From the NCBI GenBank assembly GCA_016748015.1, contig JAAOMT010000495.1:136989-200988 (forward strand): DNA of 64,000 nucleotides, written 5' to 3'. Position numbers and translations under genes: made by a program. The DNA comes from Geosiphon pyriformis uo1. Taxonomy: Eukaryota; Fungi; Glomeromycota. The notes below the pieces were generated by a model that did no database searches, had not been told where the DNA came from, and was given only the letters and a program-made list of their open reading frames with translations. Below are positions 1 through 13,135 of this stretch, one piece after another; position 1 is the first letter of the stretch, and every line of letters begins with the position of its first letter.

Positions 1-503
1 AAGCTACCACACTTTCTGAAACTGGTGCTTCTATGCAAACTATCTTCATTGAAGTCACCACTTAAGACCACAAAGGACGATTTATTCACAGCACTAGCAA
101 TCAAAGCATTCACATCATCGGCCTGAGAGAAGTGCACAGAAGCCAATGCGCCAGCATACAGACCCAAAATAGAAACTGAAAGCTTATTCCTAAAAAGTAA
201 CTTGACAGAAATAAGATGACCAGAGATCTCAGAAACTTTGCACATGTGTTTGGCCAGAGAATTGTTCATAACAATTGCCACACCAAAACCAAGATGACCA
301 AAATTCAAACCAAAAACAAAGACCCGAACACCATCGAATTTGCTAGCAATCCAAGGCCAAACCTTATCTTTTAGCTTTGTCTCAGTAACAATTGAAACTA
401 AATTGTTTATATTTCTGTGCCAACATATAATGTCCTCTTGCTTTGCTAAATTGTTCATTCCTCTAACATTACACATGACTATTTTCCACACTAAATCATT
501 CAT
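1..503 (-). pseudogene. LINE ORF2 N-terminal APE (exonuclease-endonuclease-phosphatase) domain, truncated by the window edge
   Basis: Manual translation from ATG 503: MNDLVWKIVMCNVRGMN...IVTETKL...GVAIVM...SGDFNED, giving the APE motifs NVRG, ETK and GDFN. Confidence 0.9.
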
Positions 504-2340
504 TGGGGTGCAAAAGAGACTGCAGAACCTGAGCCAGCACACATCTGATCTAACTTCTCCAATACCGAACAAACTGAAGCTTCGAGAGCCACCAACTTTG
601 ACTCCAAGCAGCCCACTTTTGAAGTCAGTATTTTTGAACTACTTGAACCCAAACTTGAGGCACCAAAGGAAACCAGAAAAGGAGAAATAACCACAGAATT
701 AGGTTCATCCAAAACCATATCCAAACCAAATTTCATATCAACCAAACCAGGGGCAACCAAGGGTTAAGAAGAGGAGGCGAGAGCCAAGGGCACCAAGCTT
801 AAACTGTCAAGTTTGTTAATAATACCAGACAGCTTATCTGTAAGAAGTTCCAAAGAGCGCTCCAAAGAAGCGAGACAAGTTTCCAAAATCAAACCAACAG
901 GATCCGTGAGAGACAAGTGACCAACCAAATCAGTGGTGCCAGAAGAAGAGTCAAAACCAGGACCAGAACCAAAGTGAAGACCATTAGACGAAGATGCTAA
1001 AGAGACAACCTGGGCCCATGATTTGCCACCAAACACAGCCGGTCTGGAAATAGGCACACACTTTTTCACATATAACTTGGTCAACTGAAGGCGGGTCTCA
1101 TCAGAGACAATTTTTTTAAATGACTTGGAAAGTTTAGGAGAATGTAAGATCTCAGCATCACACTCTAAAACAGAATGACCAAGTTTCCCATACCGCTCAC
1201 ACCAAACCAGGTCCTATCTAACCCAAGAGAGTTTCACCCCACCAAAAACAGGCTCAGTACAAAATGCAGACTCCAAATTCTTGTTATTCTCAAAACAAAC
1301 TACAGCACAATAAACCCTATTGCCAGCATCCAAAGATCAATTTATGACATAAGTTTTCCCACTAGCCCCTGCCAAAAGATTGCCAAGATCATGAGCCATT
1401 GTTCCCACCGGCAAAGTAAACAAAAGTGCCCTATACTGATCTCTAGATGCCCACATTTCACGATCTTTTACAGCTTTGGCCATGCACACTGAATTTTTTC
1501 TAATTAAGAAAGATCATTTAGCTGCCAACTGATCTGCCTGACTTGATTCGGCAAACTCCACCACAGCCTTCTGCGACAGCCCAATTAACTGAACTTTGAT
1601 AGACACAATTTGACCATACTTGGATACTGCGGTGATGATCATTTCTTTTGGCGTGTTCATGGGAATTTTCTTTATTACTACAGCCTGATCTGAATGAACT
1701 CCTTGTCTCTTAAGATCAGTGTTTACGATAATCCCATTTTCCCTGGCCAATGGTGCGGTCTTTTTCATGCTCTCAGATGAAGTAAATGTTGATCTGATGA
1801 TCTCTTCAAATTTTGAGGGGGTAGTGGCCCCCCAAAACCATTGATACTTGAAAATAATTTTCTAATGACCTGAGTTTTAGCCATTGCTGATTTTTCTTTT
1901 ACAGCCGAAAGATTGATGTCCAAAGCAAAAGATTTTTTTACAGCCACTTCCACCTGAGTTTTAATGATTTTGGGATCAATCCACACCTTATCCAAAGAAA
2001 AAGACTTACAGAAGGGAAAAGAAACCTCTTTTTCCTCCTCCATATCAAAATTAATAGAGCCAAGGAGGGAGCCAACAATCACACCATTATTGAAATGCTT
2101 GGCTTGAGGTGTATTCATCTTAAAATCAGATACTCCTTTACCTTCGGAAGCCTCCCCATCAGTATCCATGCTGTTAAACTGCCTGACCACTTGACCAGAT
2201 TCACTACCTTTAAAAGCCACATCATTACTTAATAGCTTAGCACCACCAGGAGGTTTCTTGACCTTATGACTTGAACCACTACTAACTAAACCAGAAGTTG
2301 GAATTCTGGACGACCTTTTTTTAGCACCAGTACCACTCAT
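500..2340 (-). pseudogene. LINE ORF1 (gag-like; RRM-like region and zinc knuckle), frameshifted and with stops
   Basis: ORF-track fragments 1765-2340, 1514-1768, 764-1084 and 500-760 are colinear with ORF1 of E2/E3 (KSFALDINL, VVIKKIP..., QLIGLxQKAVVEF, PAVFGGKSWAQVV, LASLERSLELL). Confidence 0.88.
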
Positions 2341-3540
2341 GGGAGCAGCCAGGTCAACAACAAAAGGATTTGTTTCTTGTAAAGTGATGGAAGACAGTAT
2401 GAAATAGCAGAAAAAACTTCTTTTGAAATATACTTTTTGAGGATTTTAGGAGGTAAAAGAGAAAGAAGTTTTTTTAGCTATTATTTTAATATATTCAATA
2501 GTTATTTTTTTTAAATTTTGTATTTTTTATTTTATTTTTATTTTTTACTTAGATATTAATATGTAATTTTAATTTTTTTTGAAATTTAGTAATAAAAAAA
2601 AATATATTTTAATTAATATATAGCTTTATTAATAGTTTTTTAAATAAACTATATAAAAAAATATTTTTTAATTATTTAAAACTTGTAATTATTAATTAAT
2701 AATAATAATTTTTTTAAAATTTTTAAACTATTTTATTAAATCTTAAGAATTTTTTTAAACAAAAATAAAAAACTTAAATTTTAGCAATTAAAATAGTTTA
2801 AATAATTTAAAAAATAAGTAATATATTTACTTTACCAAAAACTATAATAGATATTAGTATTTGAAATAAAAAATTTAAATTACTTAACAAAAAATCAAAT
2901 ATAAATATAGTTTAATAGCTTTTTTTATTTTTAATTTCTATAAAAGTTTTAATTGTTTAATAAACAGTTATTTAGTTGTAAATTTGTTGATCTAAGATTT
3001 TAAATTCAAAAAAAATAATTAAAAATAATTAAAAATATTAATTAATTAATATAATTGCTTTTTGCTTTAAATTTTTTCTTAAAATATGTTTAATTAAAGA
3101 GTAAACAATATATATTAAATAAGTTTTAACTAAATAATTAATTAAAACTGTTAATTAAACTGTTTTTTAACTAAAAAACAAATAAAACAAAATAAAAAAG
3201 CATTAAGTTTAATATAAATTAAATTGTTTTAATTATAAACTATAAATAATTTTAGATTTTTGTATTAAAAAAAAGTAATTATCTATACAATAATAAATTA
3301 ATTAAAAATTTAAAAATCTTAATAAAACACTATATTTATGTTATAATTAAATATAAAATATTAATAGATAGCAAAAAAACAATATTATATAATAATAAAA
3401 ATAATAATAATAATTTAATTTTTAATAAGCAAATTAAATTAATAAAAATTCAATATATAAAATTAGTTTTATAAATATTTTAATTACTATTTTTTCAAAA
3501 GATAATAAAAAAATTTAGAAATAAAAAATAATTTATATTA

Positions 3541-5100
3541 TTTATTATTATTATTATTATTTAACAAATAAGACTCAAATATTATTTAACATAATATATT
3601 AAATTAAATAATCTAAATAAGACATAAATTATACATTTTTTATATATAACTAGTTATTTAAGTCAACTAAAACAACATTATAAATCTATTTTAATAGAAA
3701 CATTATACTTAATTCTAAAAAAAAAAACATAAAACTTATACATATTAAAACTAATACTATATATTTTCATAATTTTAAATAACTTAACAACATTGTTAAA
3801 AAACAAAGATACCAAATTATATATTATTAAAAACATAAAAGTATTATGAAAAATTAGACTTTTTTTTTTAAAACTGTTTTATATTAAGACTGTACTAATC
3901 ATATTTTTTTATAATAAGTTATATACAAATTATACACAAAACTAATAATTTTTTTGACAGTAATTTGAAAACAACCAAAAATAAACAAAGTCTCTAAATA
4001 TTATTTCTTAAACACAATACTTTTATATAAAGCAGTATAAATAATATTATTAAATATACATAAAAAGAACAACTATAAAACACAAAAAGATAACAAATTC
4101 AAATTCAAAAAAAATCTTATAGAATAACATACAACTTAATTAAATCTTAAAAAATAGTAAAATTTAATTTACAAGTAAAAAAATAATCAAAAAATCCTAT
4201 TTTTTTGCAATAAAAATACAAAACATTAGAATATTTTCTGTTGTACAAATATTTACAAATAATAATAAGCAAGTGATAATACAAAGTTTTTATAAAATAT
4301 AAATACAAATCAATAAATATTTTGTTAATAAAACCAAAAACCATATATAAATTAAGATATCAAACCAAAACATCTAATTTCAATTAATGTTTTTAATAAT
4401 ATTTGCATTTACAATACCAAAACTAGATTTAATCTTTTAATAAGCATATTAAATAGCTCTAAATATATTATAAATAAAATACTAAGTATTTTTAGACATT
4501 ATATATTATTAGTTTTAATATACTTTTTATAAACATAAATAAAAAGTATTAAATCCAAGAAAAAACACAGACAGCCAGTTTATTAGCATATTTATTTTTC
4601 AAAACACTTAAATAATTTTTAACTTTAAACCAAGTAATACCAAAATTTTTATCTTTAATAAAATTTATAATATTATGCTTTTCAAGTTAACAATAGTTCA
4701 AAAATTTGGTAAAATCATATTTAATTTAGCTAAATAAGCATTTAAAATAGCTTAATTATTTAAGTATATTATAACAGTATTAGAAACAAAAATAGATTTA
4801 AAAGCCAAAATAATTGCAAGTAATTTTGTCAATATAAACAAAACCATATTATTAACTTTAATATTTATATCTAAATTTAAATTAATAAAAAATACAGTTG
4901 TACTATATTTTATTTTAATAATATTTAAATTAATATTAAAAAATGTTTTTTAATTACAGAGAAATTATTAAAACCATAAATATTTAAGAGACAGAAATTA
5001 TCATTTAATTGCTATTTATTTAACAAAATATATTATCAACTAAAAATTCAAATGCTAACTTAAATTAAACAGAAACCAAATTTTTAAGATCAAGTCTTTT
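3541..5100 (-). mobile_element. Heavily eroded LINE 3' relic (RNase H, CCHC, 3' UTR, (TAA)n tail)
   Basis: ORF 4147-4344 (FIKTLYYHL...LYNRKYSNVLYFYC...FFDYFFTC) is an AT-shifted version of FMKTLHFRLPVAVHKCLYDKRYSSVVCLFCGDVEISDHIFLC. The 3' UTR relic is at ~3560-3680 and (TTA)n at 3541-3560. Boundaries are approximate. Confidence 0.75.
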
Positions 5101-5399
5101 TCAATAATAAAAACTATTTTAATTAAAAACTAATTCTTATATTAATACTTTTAGAATTTAATATCAAATATTAATTATACTTTTTAATAAATATTTATTT
5201 AATTATATAAATTAAAAAATAAAAATAAAAATAAAATAAAAATAAAAAAGTTAATATTATTGTATTAATTTTTGATTAAATAAATTTAATTTAAATATAA
5301 ATAAATTTTTACAGTTTTAAAAAGTCTTACTTACATATTTTTTAAAAAAATTAATAATTTAATTAAAATTAAAAAACTTTTTTTTACTTTTTATTTTAT

Positions 5400-8300
5400 A
5401 ATTACAACTAAAACAAAGAGTAAAAAAGTTTTAAACATTACTTTTTCTATAGTAATTAATAAAGTTTTAACTAAAAAAGTCTTTTATTATTAAAGCAGCT
5501 AAGTAAAACGTTTTAATAATGTTTTTTTTAAATATTAATAATAAAAAGCTATTTTTAATAGCTTCTAAAACATTTTTTTATCTTTGATTAGTGGTTTTTT
5601 TTTAGTTAAAATTTTTTCTAAAAATACACTTAAATTAGTTTTAGTATTGTTTTTACTCTTTTTAAGAACTTTAAAGTTTTTAATAACAGATTAGTTAACA
5701 AATTAATTTTTTCTGTTTTTATTACTAATATTATTACTATTAATTTATTATTTTTTTATTAAGAAGTTTTACGAGTGCAGTCCAACCACTACTATTAATT
5801 TACAAATATTTAAAAAAGCCAAAGAATTAAAAAAACAATAGTAGTTATTTGTATTTATTATTATTATACTAAATCTTTTTTTGGTTCTAAATAAAATTTT
5901 GGATAAGATTTTTTTGGCAAAAATTAGTTTTTTTTCTAATGTAAATAATAATAATGATAATACATTTTCTAAAATAAACCAAGATTAATTATTAATTATA
6001 TTGTTAAATATAGTGTTTTCTAATAGATTATTGCTAATTCTGAAAGCAAAACAACTTATTGAATTATCTAATTTTAAGAATTAAATTGATCAAATAAAAA
6101 CTAAATTAATTTTTGCTTTTTTGTTTTTCGGTACTGTTTTTAATAATAATTAAAAAACAATTTTCAGTCATTAAAAATTTTTTGAATAAATGGTCTTTAT
6201 TTTAATATTTAGTACTACTTTTAAAATCAAATTGGTTTTAGTTAATTTTTTGTTTCATTTACTGTCTGGCTTTATTGAGTTTAAGTCGGTTTTTAAAAAC
6301 AATATTAAATGGTTTTGTGTAAATTTTGCTTTTAAAAGTTTTTTAATTGCTGCTATTAAAGTTTTTATTGGTAGTTTTTTCTTTTTAACCACATTTAAAA
6401 TTGCAAAATTTTTTGTAATGGCTTTTGGTCTTTTTTTTACTTTTATTATACTTTGTAATATTCTTCTTAATATATTTTCTGATAATATAAAAAATATTCT
6501 TGGTGTTTTTGTTGTTGTTACTTTTATTAAGTTAAAATCTGTTAGTTTGTAATAATATACTATTATTAATTTTAAGAACTTTTTATTTGCTGCTGCTGTT
6601 TTTAGTAATTAATTTGTACTGATTAAAAAAAATAATGTATAGATTTTTTTTCTTAATTAAAAAAAAATTATCATCTTGAAAGATTTTTTTAAGACCAAAT
6701 TGATCAATTTTTTTTGGCTATATTGCTTATAAAATTAGAAATATAATTTTTTAGATTAATAATTATACTTATTTTATTTTTTATTTTCTGAATTTTTATT
6801 ATTATTAACACTTTGTTGTTGTTAGTTTTAAGTTTAAAAAAATGTTAAAACTTATTATAGCAAAAACTAATACTTTGTACAAATGTTGTATCTGGTAAAA
6901 AACTTTTGAATACTATTATTATTATTATAAATATTAGAATTTGAACTATTTATTTGTTAATTGTAAAATGTCTTTTCTTTTTTTTCAAGTTGTTTTTAAG
7001 ATCTGTTATTGGCTTTTAGTTTTTTATATCTTTTGTTATTAATAGTAAATATTATGCTATGACTTTTGTTTTTTTGATTTTTTTTTGCTATTCTTTTAAC
7101 TGCTTCTACTACTAATTTTGTTATTAAGTTTAAATTAGATTTTTTGAAATCTTAGATTGCAAATTTGGCTGTTTTAGTAAAGTTTATTAGTAAACCTATT
7201 GGTTTTTAATTGCTTTAATTACTCTTTGATATCAAAAAATATGCACAAAAGTTACAAAATTGAAAAAAATTTACTTACTATATTTAATATTTTATAAGGC
7301 TTTGTTTTTTTTTTAACTAGTCTGTTTAAAAACTTTGCCAGTCTTAAAGCTAAAATTAAATTTAATAACATAAATAATAATAATTAAGTGTTGTCAAAGC
7401 ATATTTTTTAAGTAAAAAAACATGTAATTATATAGTAGCTTTATAATAAATACAAGATTTTAATATTAAAAATAGTATTAAAAAAACTAGATTGTTTTTA
7501 AGTAAATTTATTTTTGATTTTAGAAATTAAAATAGTATTATTAAAAAATTTGATAAACAGAATTTATATTTAACTTTTTTTGGTTTAACTTAGTTAATGC
7601 TTTGACTGATTCAGATAATTAATTATATGTAAAAAATACATAATTAATATCTAATTTAAGTTATTTAATTTGGCATATTGTATTAAATAGTTTTTAGACA
7701 CATTTTATTAAAACATTAATAAAAAAATAAAAAATATTTTTTTACAATAATAATTTTAATAATTACAATATTTAAATTTTAAAAATTAAATATAATAATT
7801 GCATATTGCAATAATTAAAAAAAAATAAAAAAAATAAAAACAAAATAAATATAATTATAAATTTAAAAAATCAACTTATTAATTTTAAAAATTATATAAC
7901 AAAAAAAATCAATTAACTTAATCTTAAATTTATTACAAATAATAATAATATTTTTTAATTAATAATTTAAAACTTAATAATAAGATTATTGGCTTATTAG
8001 ATATTTTTAATAAACTATAAAGTAATACAAAGATTATAAATTGTTTTTTAATTATATTAAATTCTTGCTTAGATATTAGTATAATTTTTGCTTTGTAAAA
8101 AATAGTTAAGATATCTATAATTCTAAAGTTTTATAAATAAAAAAGTGTATTAATTAATATTAAATTAATAGTTTTAATAAAAACAACCAGAAAAATTTTT
8201 TTTAAACCAGATTTTTTCTGTTTATAGCAAGTTTAATATCTTTTTTGAAAACAATTTTTCAGTGTTAAAGAGTATATTAACTTAATTTTCTGTGTTTGCA

Positions 8301-11130
8301 GTAAGCTTAATTATTAAAAATATTTTTAAAAAAAAATAAGAAGTTGTAATTAGTCTTATAAAACATGTACAAAATATATAATTTAATTGGTTAACACTAT
8401 TTAAAAATTAGCCTAAAATACATCAAAATATATAAACAGTTTATCAATTTTTTTGGCAGCATATATCAGGATAAAATCAACAAAATAATGACAAATATTG
8501 GGTTTTTAGATAACTATTGTGTATATAATAGATTGAATTAAGACAAAATTTTTTTATTTTTTTTTTGAAAAATTTTTTACAATTTTTTTTTATATATGGT
8601 TAAAAAATAAACACATTTGTGTAATTATTAACTAAATATTAAATTTGTAATCAATACTGACAGAATAAAAAACAATAGAAAAAAGATATTATTTTTTGCA
8701 ATTAGAACTTTTATTAATAATACTATTTGAAGAAAAAACAGTCAAACTTTTATTTAATATATTTTAAATATTGCTAATAAGTTTTTTAAAATCAATAATA
8801 TTTTAATAAATAATAATAAGACTATGACCATTTTTATCAACTGAAAAGTGAAAAATGTTTTATTAAAAATTAGTAAAAATTTTATATCAATTGCAAAAAA
8901 GAATAAATTATATCAATACTTAGGTATTTTTTTTATTAAAAATTTATTTAAGTTTAGTTTAACTAAAACTCATTTTAATATTAGGTTTTTTGCAAATATG
9001 GTTCTAAGAAAAGCAATTTTAGATAAACAGTTTTATTACTTAATTTTAGTAATTTTGGATCACATAATTAATTATTGTATACAGTTTAATTTAGTTTTGC
9101 TTAATATTTACCACAAGTAGAATATTATAATTAAAAAAAAATTAAAGCTAAAAACAAAATTATCTAAAAACTTTTTAAATAAGACATTATATTATTTATT
9201 ATTATATAACTTGAAATTTTTTAAGTAATTACAAGCTAAAAATAAAATGGTTTTAATAGTTATGTTTACAAATTCTAAAGATGTTCTTAGCTGTTTTTTT
9301 GATTTTGATTTTTTGAATTTACAGACTTTAAGCTAAATTTCAGTCAATTTTTTATAATATTTTGTTAAATTAAAAGTTAGTTCTATAAATAACTTTTTTA
9401 TTAAAGTGGTAAAAGTGTTTTTGGTTAATAAGTTTTTATTGGCAAACAACTTACTGAATGTTTTTTGCAATCTGATGAAATTTTTAATGTTTAATATCTT
9501 AAAAAAAATAGTTTATTTTAAGATAATACAATTTTTAAGATGTTTTAATGTTGCTTTTAATGACTAACTTCTAAATAAACATGATGTATTAATGTTTTAA
9601 AAACTTTTTATTATTAAAAAAAACTAAATTCAAAAAATTCTGTTTTATTATGATTTATTATAATATTTAGTTTTTTAAGAAATAAGTTATTTGATACTAA
9701 GTATAAAATTGTTGTTTTTAGTTTTTTGTCCTATAATGTTTTAAAATTATATGATTTTAAGTTAATAAAAGATTTTTTGCACAAAATTTGAACTGATATT
9801 TTTAATGTTTACATTAATAGCTTACTAAAAAATTTTGGTTTATCAGAAATAACTAAAGAAGTAATTGTGTACTTCTCAAATATAGACATAAATATTGGCT
9901 GTAGAATTTTTGAAATAATGTTTTCTATATTAGTTGAATTTTAAACTATTGCTTTGGTTTTAAAATACATATTTTTTTTAATATTATGGTCTTATATCTA
10001 AATAGTTAAATAACTATTAATATATATATTTTAGAATTCAATTTATTCAACTCAGATTTTTGCAATTGATATTGGATAAAGAGATATTATATTGCTAATT
10101 TAATAAGAAACAAAAATATTTTAGTAGTTTGGTCAAAAATTAAGAACTAGTGTTTTTGATAATAATTAAACTAATTAGTTGGTCGAAATAACTATCAGTT
10201 TTTCTTTGTTTTTTTTTATTGGAATTTTGGAAAAATATTTAATGGTTAATAGATTAACAGTTTTTAATAATACATATTATTTTGTTTAAGATATTTACAA
10301 AAAAATTGCTTGTATATATTGGAAAGCAGAGTTTATTACAAAAATTGTGATCAGTTATTCTATTTGTAATATTAATTGGATTTAGATGGCTTTGGTTTGA
10401 CATTCTGATTTTTATATGCTGACTGGTTTCACTAGTTAAATTATGGCTGGTTTTAGAACTTATATAATAAAAACTATTCACAAAAAACTTCTAATTATTG
10501 TTTAAAAGAGACTATATAACAAGTTATACTTGAATGTTTTCTGTTTATTTTGTAGAAAATAGAATTTTTTGATTATTTATTTATATGTTCAAGTAATATA
10601 AACTGATAAAAAAAATTTAATTATAAATTATATCAAGTTTTAAAAATCTTTAATTGGTAGAAAAGCACTTATGTTTTTTTTTTGTATTATAGTTTTTTTT
10701 TTGTCTTTTAGATATTAAATTGTATATAGTATTTTGTAAAAATTTTGTTTTAAGAAATTGGTTTAAGAATGTTTTAATAATATATAACAATAAAAAAAAT
10801 GTGATTTTCATATTAATATCTTTTTTTTATTAATTAATTAAATACTATTATTATAATATATGGTCAATTTAAATTAAGCTTAAGTTAAAAACAAAAAAAA
10901 CCAAATTAATAAGTAATAATAGTATAGTATCAAAAGTAGTTAATATATTTTGTTCTATATATTTTATTTTGATATTAATAATAGTTTGATTGTATATATA
11001 AATGTTTTATGTTGTCTAAATTAGTCTAAATAATTAGTTATATATAACAAAAGTGTAAATTGTATTTAGTTAAAATTATTTAGTTTAATTTTATATATTA
11101 GATAAAAGTTAGACTGTATTTATAAAATAT
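5400..11130 (+). mobile_element. Heavily eroded, near full-length LINE relic (E4)
   Basis: RT relic at ~8250-9200 (reads as eroded NFSVLK...LVLQ.M.K.Y..IGW; ORF 8848-9120 aligns to YLGIFLS..LSKPSL.KAH.DVRFF.N.VLRKA.SDKQF.YL). RNase H relic at ~9800-10200, CCHC at ~10500, 3' UTR relic at ~11000-11130. The 5' boundary is uncertain. Confidence 0.75.
5748..5789 (-). mobile_element. Ultra-5'-truncated LINE insertion (42 bp) with a 13-bp TSD
   Basis: The insert reads GTGGTTGGACTGCACTCGTAAAA plus an A-rich tail on the minus strand, matching the LINE 3' terminus (E3: GTGTTTGGATCTCACTCGTAAAA). It is flanked by the direct repeat TACTATTAATTTA at 5735-5747 and 5790-5802. Confidence 0.85.
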
Positions 11131-11399
11131 AATAAAAAAATAAATTTTAATATTATTTTTAATTATTAAAATTAACTAATAATTAAAAACAATTATAATT
11201 GTATTAAAATACTTAAAATAAATAATAATATATTTAATACTAATAAACTTTAATATAATTTAAAAATTTTTATTAAAAATACCAAAAATATTTTTAATAT
11301 TAATAATAATAATATTTTTGAATATATTTAATATAATAATAGTAACATAAAAAAAAACAAACTTAAAAATTACTAAAAATTTAACAATTTTAAAAATAA

Positions 11400-12110
11400 A
11401 AAAATAAATAAAACTATTAAGTTCATTTAAAAAAACAGTATTTTAAAATTAATATTGTTCTTAAATATAAATTTTATATTAATAAAATTATATATAAATT
11501 AAAAAACAGTTTTAATAAGAATTAATTTAATCTTAATAAAATATTAAATATTAAAATAAAAATTATTTACTTAAAAAAATTTTAGCAATTAATAATTATT
11601 TTTTAAGTATTATTAAAAACAATATTATTAAAAAATAAAAGAAAAAAATAAATTTAATTTTTATTTAATTAATTTAATTCTTAAAATTAGATAATTTAAT
11701 ATATAAATTAATTAAAATCACATGTAAAAACATGATTTGTTTTATTTTTAAAACTGGCAAAAATTAAATAAAAACTAATATATTAAGTAATATAATTAAG
11801 AGCCAATTTAAACTAATATTGACTAATATGTTTTTATTGTTATTGTTTAAAACAGAAAATTTTTTATTTTCAACCATAATAAAGCTAAATACTATAATTA
11901 ATACAAATAATATAAAACTGGTAAAAAAATCAAAAAATACAAAAAAAGTTAAATTTTAATTTTTACAAGTAAAAAAACTAGCAGCATTTCAAAAAAGTTG
12001 TTATTAAACAGCAAAAATTTGAAAAATTTGTTTTTTGACTAATCTGGCTTTTTTAGTTATTTAAACAGTAATAAAAAGAAAAACAATATATAATATTTTA
12101 CAAATAAATT
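11400..12110 (+). repeat. Eroded unidentified repeat, copy 1 (inverted relative to 24520-25330)
   Basis: By-eye alignment. For example, ATCACATGTAAAAACATGATTTGTTTT (11717) matches the reverse complement of ~24945-24970 (ATTATGTGTAAAACATAATTTGTTTT), with further colinear blocks on both sides. Confidence 0.55.
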
Positions 12111-13135
12111 ATTTATTGTTTTTATGTTTAATTTTAAAATATAAAAATCATAATACATATTTATTTTTATTACAAAAAAATTTAAAATAATATTTTAATT
12201 TTAATTTTGTATTAATGTAAAAAAAATAATATTTTAATGTATTTTTGTTTATTTTAATTTTTTTCTCTTTTTGCTGTTTTTGTATTCTGTAAATAAAAAT
12301 ATTTATGTAACAAAACTATAATAAGAAAGTTTATGCTTTTTAAAAATTAAAATTGTCAAAAAATCACAAATTTGCAAAAAAAAAGACATAATAGCAAATA
12401 AATAATCAAAACTTTTAAAACCATTTTGCAACTTATAAAGACTTAATACTGGTTGATACTTAAACTGATGTAATTGAGAAGTTTGTCAAGTTGGAAACTC
12501 CCAAAAAAAACAGCTGTTTTTGTTACCCAAGTTTTTTTTGCTTGGCAATAAAAACACAGATGTAAAAATACCTTTTTTTGGTAATGGAGATAATGGTATT
12601 AATAGTAATTGCTGAATAAAAAAGATGCAAGTATTTATTATTACAATTTTGACTTTTTTGTGCATTTTTATTGATAATATATTTTAATGATAAGCATTAT
12701 CCAACAAAAGTTTTCAGGAGTAATAAATTCTACCATATTTTTGTGTACTTCCTTTTTTTTCATATTCGAATTTATGGTAAAATTCATTTCAAAATCGAGA
12801 AATATAAACTCTTTAAATTCATTAAAGACAGCCTGAACGAGGATAACTTTCAAAAAAGTAGCAATAACAATAAGAGAATAGAATAATAGGTCATTAACCT
12901 TTGGACTTTAGAGCCTAATCTCGATCAATGTTTTTAATTTTCAACATCAAATTAGCACAGACGATTAAAATTTTCATCTTTTTATTCCTTTTATCAGTTC
13001 TTTCGTATTTTACTATCTGTACAAACGTTGGTATTAGAAAAGCACTAATTTTTAGCGCTTGGTTATTCCTCAAGAACTTAATACGGGTTTTGAGAGCAAA
13101 AGAATATATTTGTCTTTCATTCTTTATCATCTAAA

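Larger units (their letters stand above)
1..2470 (-). mobile_element. Non-LTR retrotransposon (LINE) copy E1, 5' half; runs off the window edge
   Basis: 5' UTR at ~2341-2470, disrupted ORF1 at 2340-500, and an ORF2 APE endonuclease starting at 503. Homologous to E2 and E3. Confidence 0.92.

Noticed and set aside
6190-6552. 120-aa hydrophobic ORF as a membrane protein
   Set aside because: It lies within the eroded LINE E4 ORF1 region; the F/I/K/L-rich composition is a product of AT erosion.
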